Assembly: GCA_951406725.2 (NCBI GenBank)
Contig: OX597818.1
Location: 93,372,001-93,436,000 of the forward strand
Direction of reading: 5' to 3'
Length of the DNA: 64,000 bases
DNA from: Octopus vulgaris
Taxonomy: Eukaryota
Part shown: in pieces, positions 24,944-37,694 of the stretch
Layout: the number at the start of each line of letters is the position of its first letter
Position numbering within the stretch: the first letter of the stretch is position 1
Notes under the pieces: model-generated
Database searches by the model: none
Told to the model about the DNA's origin: nothing
The model's input: only the letters and a program-made list of their open reading frames with translations
Program-made: the position numbers and the translations under genes

Positions 24944-26524
24944 TAATCATTGGTGAATGTAACAAATTCCATGTAACCCATGCACACATGAATAAATGGA
25001 TGCTAAAATAATGCTGCTACTGATGATGATGATTTTGCTATTCTTCTGTTTCTCCCCTATCGATGCCTGTTTCTTTCTGCCTATCAGTGTCTCTGCATCA
25101 CCTCCAATCATGAAGTCTTTCAGGATTTTTCCTTCTTTACACATTTTATTTAACATGTTAAGACTACATAAAAGTGTGAATGTACTTCAACTCTGTTTAA
25201 AGATAACATGTTGTTATCAATGTTACTTCCATTCTCTGCAGTCTCTTATTAGGAAATTTTTATACCAGGCTACACAGGATGTCTGCTTGATAATTTTCTA
25301 CACATGTCTCACAGCAGCTTGCAAAGGTCACTAAATTTATCTTCATAATTAATTATACAGCATTTATTCTTTTTGCTTTCATTTTTTCTTGTCTTTTCTC
25401 CAAACCACCAGACACAAGGGGTTATATATATATTTAGAGTTTACAAAATACTGGTGTTACATTAAAAAGGAATATTTTTGATGGTTTTTTGTATCTATGA
25501 TTTTTTTCCCTTCAAACTGTCATGTTAAATTCTAAATGAGATTTTATTGTTACTTGTATTATTGTAACATATTGTTAGTTTCTTTTAACTATTTTCTTCA
25601 TACTGGATGTGTTGCTGACACAGTACTTCAAATGGCTTTGCTCAAGCATATTACCTGAAGATAATTAAAGGAAATAACAGTTAAAAACATAAAATATGTC
25701 AGCAACTTCTAACACCAGGAAAATAGTAAAAAAAAAATAAATAAATAAAATAAATAGATGAAATATTATTGTAAAATCAACTTAGATAAATATTTATGAT
25801 ATCATAAAGTCAACTTGAACTTAATAATAATTACGATCCCATTAATAAATGTTTTGTTAATATTCATAAATCTTCAGTAAAATAACCTTAATTTAACACT
25901 GAAAATCATTAATATAAACTCATAACAGAATCATTGAAGCACTTATCAGCAGAGATCCGACATAACTAAGGTACGGTCTAATACCTAAGTTACTTCAAGG
26001 CAATAGGTTAAAAAGCAGTAAACTCAATAGGTGAACATTTTAAATGTATTTTGATATTTAAAAGTTTACTTTTCTCAGTGACCATCACCCTAAATTTTTT
26101 TTTTATGTACATTTGTGATTTGTCTCCCATCTTGAATCCTATCACAAATATTTATACACACCTTTCATTGTTACAAATAGTTTTAATAACAGAAGTTTAC
26201 ACTAGATGTTTATCTAAAGTAATGAGGAATACTGTACTAGGTATCATTGCTTGTGTAAGTCTAGCCAAACATCACATATAGGATTGTACTGTGTCATCAT
26301 ACATCAAATTGTTATATCACTGTCTATGTTTTGTGCCAGATAACATCACTCACTCGGATTCCACAGCTATCTTCATACCACAGAGTTGCTCAGCTGTAGC
26401 TAATTTGGTGTTCTTTATAATGACTTACATTGTAGAATGAGGAGAAATATTTGTTGTTATTGAGAAATGTATTGCTGCTGTTGATTTTTCATTTCATCCT
26501 TATATGGTCAATAAAATGAATTAC

Positions 26525-26800
26525 CTTTCTCTGTTTCTTTCTCTCTTTCACGCTTCAACCTTCTCACTCACTTTCTCTCTTCTCTCCCCTCTCCCTCCCT
26601 ATCTTCTCTCACCCTCTGCTTTCTTCTCTCTCCTTCCGCTTTCTTCTCTCTCCCTCCCTCTCTTCTCTTACTCTCCCTCTCTCTATCTTCTCATGCTCCC
26701 TCTCTCTATCTTCTCTTTCCCTCCCTCTCTATATCTTCTCTTTCCCTCCCTCTCTCTATCTTCTCTCTCTCTCCCCTTCCCCTTCTCTCTTCTTTCTCTA
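26525..26800. repeat. Polypyrimidine (CT-rich) low-complexity tract
   Basis: About 275 bp almost entirely C/T, with a recurring ctctctatcttctct unit. Confidence 0.9.
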
Positions 26801-27274
26801 TCAAAAAATTGGTGAAAGTAAGAGTCATTGACTTCTAATGATTACACGTGCTTTTATGTAAATAGAACAACCTGACCTGAAATTGTACTATAACAGTTTA
26901 TCTATTAGGTTAGCAGAGTGAGTGGAAAACAAGAAATTAAGGTTGTTCAATATTTATGTAAAGGGATCTTTACTGAAGACTGAAGGATTTAGTATTTAGA
27001 CAGAACAAAAGAACAAAAGGGTTCTTTTGGTAAACAGGCTGAGTTCAGATATACCAAAAGGTTTTGTACTTATTGATGTAAATGTGAACATGTGCTAAGA
27101 ATTTAGTGAAGCTGTTATTAATATTTAGTTTGTTTCAGTAAGATTAGGCCAGGGATGATCTGTAACAAATTAGTAAATATTTCTTTTAGGGAGATGGTGT
27201 TGGTGTTTGATAGTATCTGATAGCTAAATTTGTTTGACCTTTGATGGTCCCACTAAAATAACAGATATATATAC

Positions 27275-27595
27275 CAACCACATAGTTCCAGGTTCAGGCT
27301 GAGCAATGCCTTGTGAGTGGATTTGGTAGATGGAAACTGAAAGAAGCCCATTGTGTGTGTGTGTGTGTATAAATATACATACATATATATATATATACAT
27401 GCTTGTGTCCCCCCCCCCCACCATCGCTTGACAACTGATGTTGATGTGTTTACGTCCCCGTAACTTAGCAGTTCGACAAAAGAGACCAATAGATTATGTA
27501 CTAGGCTTACAAAGAATAAGTCCTGGGGTCGATTTGTTTGACTAAAGCCGGTCTCCATCATGGCCATGGTCAAAAGACTGAAACAAATAAAAGAA
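27275..27595 (+). mobile_element. SINE family A1, internally deleted
   Basis: High identity to 46039-46426 but missing about 50 bp after the B-box. Further A1 copies are at 11265-11490(+), 36228-36535(-), 37890-38225(-), 41515-41897(-) and 47560-47910(+). Confidence 0.8.
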
Positions 27596-27603
27596 TATAT
27601 ATA

Positions 27604-27910
27604 CTGGATTATCCCGTAAATAATGTGGGTTTTTTTATACTTTTATTTTTCAAAATTAAGATAAATGTTCTTTTTTAATCTGGTAGACTTGCAAGGCCCA
27701 TCTTCCAAAATTCACTTGTCCTTGACAAAAAATACTCCCCCAATATTGTTCTTTCCTTGTCTACAGAATTTTTTTTTTTTCCGTCCAAAATATTTTGAAG
27801 ACTGCAGAACAAATGATAATCAGATGGGGCAATGTCTGGCAAATATGGTGGCTGGGGCATCATTTCCCATTGGAACTGTTCAAGCTTTTGGAGTGTCATC
27901 CTCGTTGTAT
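27604..27910 (-). mobile_element. Mariner transposon 3' fragment
   Basis: Minus-strand translation WEMMPQPPYLPDIAPSDYHLFCSLQNILDGK matches the mariner YSPDLAPxDY motif. Ends in a TIR-like sequence next to TA. Confidence 0.85.
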
Positions 27911-29709
27911 GTAGCCTTGTGAATGAATTTGGTAAATAGGGGGAAAAAAAAAGAACTGAAAGAACTCCACTGTGTATATACATTGTGTGTGTGTGTGTGT
28001 GTGTGTGTGTCCTTGTCTTGATATCATGTGGTTCTGTAAATGAGGGTTGTAAATGAGTGTCATTATCATACAAACAGTATCATTCATTTCCAATATTCTG
28101 CAAAAATATATCTATCCATACTTGGGTGCAGGTAGAGATTGGCAATAGGAAGGGCATCCAGTTGTAGAAAATCTACCCCAGTAAATTTTGTTCAATCCAT
28201 GCAAGCATGGAAAAGTGGTCATTAAAAAACAATGATGATATAATTTTTTCTGAAAAAGATTTCATCTAAGCAGCATTATAACAATGTGCAATGATTTTTA
28301 GAAATGGATATGCCTGTGTGTGTGTGTGTGTGTGTGTTACTATGCACCAAATGTTTAGCTCCCAAACCATCTGTCCTCCAAACAGTTTGCAACCAGACAG
28401 ACTGTACTGACAGAGAAGGTTTCTGCTAGCATAATTACAGCAATTGGAAACCAAAATTGTAATGTAGCCTTTTACTTAACATCCATTTGGACTGCGTATT
28501 TAATTGTAAACAGTTAGTGGTGTTCCAGAAATGTAAGATCTAACGTTGATAATCATAGACACTCAAATTGTATTTTAGTGTCCACTAAAATGGACAGCGT
28601 ATTGCTCACAACATTGATGATAGGGAGAAAATTTTTTTGTTTTTTTTTATATATCATTATATCCTTTGATTAAAATCACAAAAACTAAATAACACTGAAA
28701 TTCTGTTTAAAAAAAACTCTAGATTTAGGTCACAGTTAAAGTGCTATGTGTGTATAAGTGCAAGTATTTTTATATGCTAAACAAAGGCTACAAGAAAATG
28801 TGTGTGTGTGTGAGCATACATGCACACATCTGTGTGTGTATATCATCATTATTTTTTGACGTCCACTTTTCCATGCTTACACGTGTCAGACGGAATTTGT
28901 TGAGGTAGATTATCTGTGACCAGAGGACCTTCATGTTATCAGCCCTTACCTTTTACCAGCAAGGTAATATTTTCCAGTGGCTGGACATGTTTTCATGGAA
29001 TATTGGAAACATACATACATACACTTCAATAAACAAGGGATTTAAATATAAGCTACTATATTAATCTTGTGTTTGTTAAATGATATATGTCTTTCACTAG
29101 ATGGAATACTTTCTATGTTGATTCTCCTGATAATGGAACCGTACACTATATATATATTGGAACTATAATTAACTCTAACAAATGTGTGTGTATGTGCTAT
29201 AATTTAACTTATTTGTGCGTTAACTTAAACTTGAAATACAATTCCAAATGATCTGTATTGCACCAAATTCAAAAGTATCAAAATACTTGCATTTTAATTC
29301 TGTGACTTGTTAGTCTTTTAAATTAGCTTTGGCATTTCAATGTATTGTGCATTTTGTGTGTGTTATACACAGACATATGCATCTCTGTTTTTGTAAAAAC
29401 TTCAAGTAGGACATTTATTTTTAAGATCAGAATCACTCTCCTTGTATGTCTTTATTTCTTAAAATTAAATTTCAGTGTTTTCTCTTTTACTTTGCTTGAC
29501 AAGAATTGTTCACCAATTCCCATAAACTTTCTTATTGTTATGGGTGTAATTACTATTGATTAGAAATTTTTTATAGTTTTTGCTTACTGGTCAAAATAGG
29601 GGGTCAAGTTAAGAGCTTGAATATCAGATTATGATGACATTGCATAGGAGGTGCCAACTGACCAAATTAATTATGTTTGATTTTTACAAGACACTGAATT
29701 TGAAAGACC

Positions 29710-29990
29710 TATTGTCAAATATGTGAAGGTATATGACCTAGTGGGTTGGATGTTTCACTCATGATCATGAAATCATGGTTTCAATCCCCAGATCAGCAGT
29801 GCATTGTGTTCTTGAGCAAAATACTTCATTTCCCATTGCTCTAGTCAACTCAGGCTTGAGATCCAGCAATAGCCGGGAAGTTAGCCCTGTGACAAACTAG
29901 CATCCCATTCAGGAGTGAATGTTGTAATCTCGATTATTTATATGCTATGGAAACTAGGTTAAGTACTGGCCTTGCAAATACTAGGGCTAA
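29710..29990 (+). mobile_element. tRNA-derived SINE family C (CORE-like), diverged
   Basis: A-box-like tgacctagtggg, B-box-like ggtttcaatccc, then tgtgttcttgagcaaaatacttcattt. A related copy is at about 42500-42670(-). Confidence 0.6.
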
Positions 29991-32648
29991 TGACAGAACT
30001 AAGAATGTTTACCATACTAATATGGACATGTAACACAGACATATTGTATCAGGGTAGTAGAGGATGAATGAAGTAGAAGTTGGTCAAACAAATGATTAAG
30101 ATTGATTATTGATTTCAGCCTAAGGGGTTTCAGCCAGCCTCTTAGACAAAGTGATACTGTATTACTAACCTGTGAGAGAATACAGCTTATATTGATTTAG
30201 TTTAGCTTTGCTTTGGGCTGAGGTGTATGTGTATGTGCGCAGTTTAATCCAAGGAGGAAACGCTGTGCCAATGATCTTTGCAGGACCTTCAAAACTAGAG
30301 GTTTTCCAATATCCTTATTTGCTATATTGCAGAAATTTTATTAGTATTTTTGTGAGATTTTATTGGTTTGTGTTAATTTCCAGACAATGTTAGAAGAATA
30401 TGGAGAGGTGGACATTGCTTCTGTATGTCCTATACAAATGATAATGTCATGTTATATTTCTCTGAGTAATTCCAGAGATAAATATCTGGAATCTTAACTA
30501 GCTGGTTTTTTAAATCTTTTAGTTGAGAAAGAAGGTAGTGACCGTGACCATTACAGAGCCTCTTTAACTTGGCCTTACTGCCTCCAGTAGGTATCCAAGG
30601 TGTCAGATGAAGGCATTAAATTGAGCAACAGATTAAGTCTACTACCCAAGTGGCCCATGGTGGGACTTAAACTCAGAACATATAAGCAAGGTATCCAGGT
30701 CAACAGTCTAATAGATCTGCCAATCCACCATCTAGGACTGATAGTTTTTTTTTTTAACCCCCAAAGAATAAATAGTAAAGTTGATTACAGCAGGATTTGA
30801 ACTCAGAGCACAGAGCATGGGAACAAATATCACAAGACATTGTATCTGACATTATAATGACTTGCCACCTTGTTGTTCTTGGTAGTCTCTCAAGTCTGAG
30901 AAGGACAATTCTGCTATTTCTTGTTGAACTACCTTCACAGATTATTTGTCTAAAGTGTTCAAACTGTTCATGCTGTACATGAACTCACTCTCTCCATGAA
31001 GTTGACATCTCCTATACAGGTGCTCAGTGTGCCACGCATCAGATATCCAAATGATTGCAGACCTCAAGGTCCAGGATTCAAAACCACGATCTTATGATTG
31101 TAAGTGCAACACCACAACCACAAGGTCACATGCCCTCACTTTGCCAAGTTGTTGCCTACACACAAGATATATATTACATATAATTGGACTGATTGTTTGA
31201 ATATGTTTGATATATTTGGTATTTTCCTTAAACTTCTCCATGTTGAATTTTAAAGATGAGTCAAACACTCCATAGGACATAAGATTAATAGAAGTAGCAT
31301 ATGTAGGAAGAGTACAGTTAAATAGTAAAATATATAAAGAAGAGTACAGTTAAATAGTAAATTATTAATACTGTCATGCCACCAAAGAGTGGAACTTGGA
31401 ATGAAAAGTTTATTTTGTGTAATTAGTGAATAAAATGAACATTTAGCTTCCAAGCTGGTAATATAATCTGTTATGTGTTAAGTAGTTAATTATTCCTTGA
31501 GCTCATGAGAATAATTATAAAAGATTTTAATATCCTCATATTAAAGAATATATAATTTCTTTACTAAATCAACATGAGGTGTTGAAGCCACTCAAAACAT
31601 CTGTGTATTCCACTTAATTAAACATAATCACTTTTTAAAATTCATCTCCCCCCCCTCTCTCTCTCTGCAACTTCTGCTTTCAATTAAAATTAAAATTTTT
31701 TTTATGAAATGCAACATGCAAAATTAGTAATTCTACTGCAGTAAAGACTAGGGGAGCTACCAAAGGGACATGGAAATAATAATGAAAACAGACTCACAAA
31801 TGGTCTATTCATTCAGTGTTAAAGTTAGGGATATGAAGTTTGTTATGACCTCATAAATCTACTGCCTGATGAGTATAGAGGTGAAATGATTACAGTGATA
31901 AATGTATTTGACTACCATGCCGGTATTTTTTTGCATACTTGGTCAATAAACTTAATTATAAATGGTTCCGTACATCTACTGGTTTGGAATTGGTATCAAA
32001 TTTCTTTGATAAACTGGCATGTTAAACAGGATGGTGGAGAGTAAGAATGAGCGATCGCTTTTCAACTAAATCTTATTAAACTGGCCCTGTATACTGGTAC
32101 CATTATCCCCTTTCGGGCTAATACTGAGTAACCTTACAAAAAGTAGTTTTCTGAATGTTGTATCTCTTAATATTTAGCCCTACGTCCTTTGACTTACACT
32201 TCCATCGGTCTTGACTTTTTCTCTCTGTCATTATTAATGCACTTTTAAAACACACACCAAGCTGGTTACATTACTTTTATTGTACTAGATTTTCCACAAA
32301 ATTTATTGTCATTGTGTTCAACCCGTACATAGAAATAAATCAGGTGTTTCACTTTTAGCATAACTATCAGTGTTGTGCCTCTTTGCACATACACAAAAGG
32401 TGCCATAAATATTCTCTCTCATCTCCCTCCCTCTTGCCACAACTCAAAAGCAATTCAATTTTAATGAATCGTAACTGTAACTAATAATGTATCCCTTTTC
32501 AATACTGATCCATAGTGCAATATAGTCACCTTCTGGTTAAAAGTTGTCAGTACGTTTTACGCATTTACTTGGTAAATCAGCGTTTTTCAACTGGGGTCCC
32601 ACAAGAAAGAGTGAGATAAACTAATGCTAATTTCGTGATCGTAATATA

Positions 32649-33845
32649 TCATCATCATCGTTTAACGTCTATTTTCCATGCTGGCATGGGTTGGACGGTC
32701 TGACTGGGGTCTGGCAAGCCAGGAGGCCACACCAGGCTCTAATCTGATCTGGCAGTGTTTCTACAGCTGGATGCCCTTCCTAACGCCAACCACTCTGAGA
32801 GTGTAGTGAGTGCTTTTTACATGCCACCAGCACAGGAGCCACACGGTGCTTTTTACGTTCCACCGGCAAAGGAGCCAGTCAAATGGTGCTGGCATCAGCC
32901 ACATTTGGATAGTGGTTTTTATGTACCACCAACACAGGAGCCAGTCGGGGCAAGAGGGCTGGCATTGAGCATGTTTGGATGGTGCTTATTTCATTCCACC
33001 AAATTGGGAGCCAGTCAGGCAGCACTGGCATCAGCCACAATTACAATTTCCATTTGATTGTGGTGTGATTTGATTTTGATGTACTTGACTCAGTAGGTCT
33101 CCTCAAGCACGGCATGTCACCCGTCAATCCAAAGGTACTTTTTTAAGTGGACTGATTATGCAAAACTGGTGTAGGCTACAGCTGTGATCTCACTTTACTT
33201 GCTGGGTCTTCTCAGTCACAGCATATCTCCAGAGGTCTCAGTTTTTCGTCATTGCCTCTGAGGCCCAGTGTTTGAAGGTCATGCTTCACCACCTCATCCC
33301 ATGTCTTCCTGGGTCTCCCTCTACCATGGGTTCCTTCTACTATTTGGGAGTGACACTTCTTCACACAGCTCTCCTCATCCATCCATAGTACATGACCATA
33401 CCAGCACAGTCATCTCTCTTGCATGCCACATCTTGTGCTTCTTATGTCCAACATTTCTCTCAGGGCACTTACACTTTGTCATGTGTGCACACTGACATTA
33501 CTGATCATGCTTGCTTCATTTCTTTCAAGCCTACGCATGTCTTCAGCAGTCATGGCCCATGTTTTGCTGCCATGAAGCATGGCAGTTCACACACATGCAT
33601 CGTACAATCTACCTTTTACTCTGAGCAAGAGGCCCTTTGTCATCAGTAGAGGTAGGCACTTTCTGAACTTTGCCCAGGCTATTCTTATTCTAGTGGTAAC
33701 GCTCTCTGAGTATCCACCCCACTACAGACTTGGTCACCTAGGTAGCGGAAGCTATCAACTACTCCTAGTTTCTCCCCCTGGTGTGTGATCGAATCTGTTT
33801 TCTGAGCATCTGTGGTGTTTATTGCCCCTGTGCATCTGCTGCACA
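32649..33845 (-). mobile_element. 5'-truncated RTE-clade LINE (degenerate ORF C-terminus plus full 3'UTR)
   Basis: Minus-strand frames give VVDSFRYLGDQV, SVTTRIRIAWAKFRKCLPLLMTKGLLLRVKGRLYDACV, LCWYGHVLWMDE and GRGRPRKTWDEVVKHDL, with stops and frameshifts. These are typical post-RT motifs of RTE elements. Ends in a (GAT)n tail. Confidence 0.9.
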
Positions 33846-34889
33846 TGAAAGCATATATCCATAGTTGATTGCCATTCTGAACATCACATTTCTTTTGAAG
33901 AGCCTACAATAACATGAATGACTGCATGACTGAAAGACCTGGACTAGCATTCAACCTACATCATGTTGAAGAACTGCTTTGTGGTATCCAAATGAAGGTA
34001 CCTCTTCCACACCACTGCAGCATACAGGGAATTTTGTCATCTTTTGGCTATCAATCAACTGATAAGTCATTTGCTGACACATCAAGCATGAGTTTCAGCA
34101 TCAACAGTTGGTTACAGACTACTCTATCAGTGAATACCAAAAACATAGAAAATGAGGCCATCTTCCCTGGTACTACCAGCACATATTTCATCATTGTACA
34201 CTATAGCAGCTTTGATTCATAAAATCATTTCCAGTGCCATGTGACCCTCTTCTTCTGGGTGCCATACACTGCTTGTTTTAGAAGAATGGATTACTCATTT
34301 TGTTGTCAAAATTATACTACTGAAAAAAGAGCAATGAAATTAGCACGAAATAGCCATTGAGACATGCTGATCATATGTTTGCAGATACACAAATACCTTG
34401 CACAGTTGACAGCTACACCTTAGCCACAGAACAGTGCCTGCTTTAATTGCCTCCCAGTGTCCCAGATTGGTATCAAACTGGACAGCTAGGGATAGTTAAA
34501 CTAAAGTTAGCATGGCATCTTTGCATGGGGTCAGATGTGTGTTAAATATTTAAATGTAGGTGTGGTCAAGAAATCAATTCAAAAGAATATCATGCACTGT
34601 TGTACTGTCTCAATGTTAAGAAATGGCTTCAACACATTGAAATATGAATCATCATCTTAGTTTTAACATGCTTGTGTAGTTGAGAAGCAATTCAATGAAG
34701 CAGATTTTCTACAGCCAGATTTCATTCCTATCATCAACTCTCACCTGTTTCCAAGCAAAGTAATATTTCTCAGTGGCCAGACATATTTTCATGGAATACT
34801 GGAAATGAAATACACCACCTGTATCATGGTGACACTCATTTACAACTACCACGTGATATCAGGACAAGGAGAAAAACATATGCATGCAT

Positions 34890-35212
34890 GTGCCAGTGGG
34901 ACGTAAATAGCACTATCCGAATCGTGTCCGATGCCAGTGCCGCCTTGACTGGCTTCCATGCCGGTGGCACGTAAAATGCACCAATCCGATCGTGGCCGTT
35001 GCCAGCCTTGCCTGGCACCTGTACAGGTGGCACGTAAAAAGCACCCACTACACTCACGGAGTGGTTGGTGTTAGGAAGAGCATCCAGCTGTAGAAACACT
35101 GTCAGATCAGACTGGAGCCTGTTGCAGCCTTCTGGCTTCCCAGATCCCCGGTCGAACCGTCCAACCCATGCTAGCATGGAGAACGGACGTTAAACGATGA
35201 GGATGATGATGA
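34890..35212 (+). mobile_element. Young RTE 3'UTR copy nested in an A2 SINE (34650-35390, minus strand)
   Basis: CpG-rich and near-intact. The host SINE tail lies to the left and its head to the right, interrupted in the (CA)-rich linker. Confidence 0.85.
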
Positions 35213-37694
35213 TACATACACATATGTGCATGCTGAAACAAACACACCCATAAATACAATGGGCTTTGTCAGTTTCCATCTACAAAATCCACTCACATGG
35301 CTTTGGTTTGCCCAAGGTGCGATGTAACAGGACTGAACCCAAAATCACATGATTAGAAAACAAACTTCCTAACCACACAGCCATGCAATAATAAAATGAT
35401 CTAGAATCAGTGGATATGTTGGTAATCATAGAACCCTCTGGACTGGACCGTGGTAATGACAAATGTTCATACAGTAAGATCTGCTTTTCCTATGCTCTGA
35501 GATCACTATCACCATTTTCACTAACAGCAGCATGTTGAAAGCTGCAATCCACCCGAAGGCCAAGAATGGAAAGCAGTACAAGTATATGTCACTGCTAGAT
35601 GCACATCATTTTTAACCAGTGGCAATGGTAACTGGTGTAGATAATCATCAGGATCCTCATCAGGACATATGCAACTGCAGTGGCAAATGAAGTGGTCTCA
35701 TGATTGTCATAAACAAATTATTGTTCATAGTATTGCAATGTATATCAATGCACTGCTGATATATTTCTTTTCGTGTATTCTGTATACGTGTAAACTCTGT
35801 GTGCACATGTGCAGACACAGGCATGGTTGTGTAGTGAAGAAATTCATTTCACAACTACATCATTTTGGGTTGAGTCTAACTGCATGGCACCTTGGGCAAT
35901 AACTCTGAGTTATCCAAATTTTTATGAGTAGATTTGATAGATGAAAATTGAATGAAGCCCATCTTATATGTATGTGTGTTTTGACATCATGTAAAAGATG
36001 TAAATGAGTGTCACCTTCATACAGGTGTTCCTTGTTTCCAGTCTTTTGTGCAAACGTATCTGGCTATAGAGAAATAGTACTTTGCTTAGAAACTGGTGAG
36101 GATTGGTGACAGGAAGGACAGTAATGTTTCAAATTTTTAGATGCTTATTATCATTGGCTTCTATGTTATAACATAATGTATAGTCATGGGGTGTATGGTA
36201 TGTATCTGATGATAATAAATTTTTGCCTTTTACTCGTTTCAGTCTTTAGACTGTAGCCATGCTGGTACACCACCTTGAATAACTTTAGTTGATGAATGAA
36301 TTGACCTCAGTACTTTTTTGTTTTAAACCTGGTATTTATTCTGTTAGTCTTGTTTGCTGAATACTAAGTTACGGGATCATAAACAAACCAACACTGATTG
36401 TGAAGTTGGACACACACATATATAACAGGTTCTTTCAGCTTCCATCTACTAAATCCACCCTCAAGGTTTTGGTTGGCCCAAGGCTGTAGTAGAAGACACT
36501 TCACCAAGGTGTCACACAGTAGGACTAAACATGGAAGTGTTTTTTTTATTTCAACTGATTTTGTGTACATGAGCTGTTATAGGAAGAAGAATTCAACTTT
36601 ATACACAATATATATATATATATTAATGTTTGTTTTTATATTGTCATAATAAAAACAATTTTAGATTATCCTATAGTTTTGTAAAGCACAAATTTATTAT
36701 TCTTAAACAAGAATGTTATGTATTTTACATGCAGTGATTAGGAAAAATTAGAAATGTTATTTTTAAGGTAATTGAGCAATCTCTCTGTAATATTTACATG
36801 TCACAGAGTGCTTTTAAAAGTAAGACATGATTTGGACTGTAATTGGCCAAAATCTTTCTGAAGTAATTCATTGTTAATACACAATTTCTTCTGCTTGTAT
36901 TAATTTCAATGTCTGTGGCCATGGAAATGCATTATAACATTTGTTGGTTATAAATAACACACCTCTTTTAGTAATATTTCATTCAATACAATGTAGAACA
37001 GCACACTTAGTTATTTGGCTTCATTTAATAGCCAAAGTGTATGGGCTCTTGCAGAACTGTAAAAAGGTCGACATATATCATGCAGCAGCTAGCATATTCA
37101 TGTCTGGAACACACACAAATGAACACAGTTTCTACTAACCCCACCCACATGCTCTCCATAGGCTTACAGTAATACATAATTCACTGCCCACTATTTCCAA
37201 TATGTACAGAGAGCTAAGCTAGTGGTATTTAGTTATTTAGCTAAACCTTATTTGGTTCTTGAATTGGGATTAGTTTTGTGAACAAATGCTTACCTTATTT
37301 AAAAAGGTAACACCTGTGACCATTTATTTAGTTTGCTTTTAAAAAAAAAATAAATGAAAATATAAAAAGAAAAATTAACACAAGTTTTTTAAAATATTGT
37401 TTGTTAGATTTTATTTATTTTGTATTTTCCTCTCAAAAATTCCTTGATTGATTTCAGTTAAGAATTTTTTTTTCTTTTATAAAATAGATGAAGATTTTGT
37501 GTCAAAATGATTATTGTATAATGTAACTATATCAATAACCTTCTTAATGTCACACGAAAGACTTTGAAATATCAGGAGAATAGTGGTATTTAGATGGCTT
37601 GCATTAATAACATTAAACACCTAGAATAAAATGTGTTCTTGTTCTAAATGTCTTACTTGCTTTGTTTAATGTAAATAAGCCATGTTAGTAGCAC

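Noticed and set aside
26504-26815. 103-aa Leu/Ser/Pro-rich 'membrane protein' ORF
   Set aside because: It is the translation of a CT-rich low-complexity tract that lacks stop codons by composition.
32800-33040. CRISPR-like repeat-spacer array
   Set aside because: The units are degenerate tandem subunits of a LINE 3'UTR with related rather than unique spacers. The context is eukaryotic and there are no cas genes.
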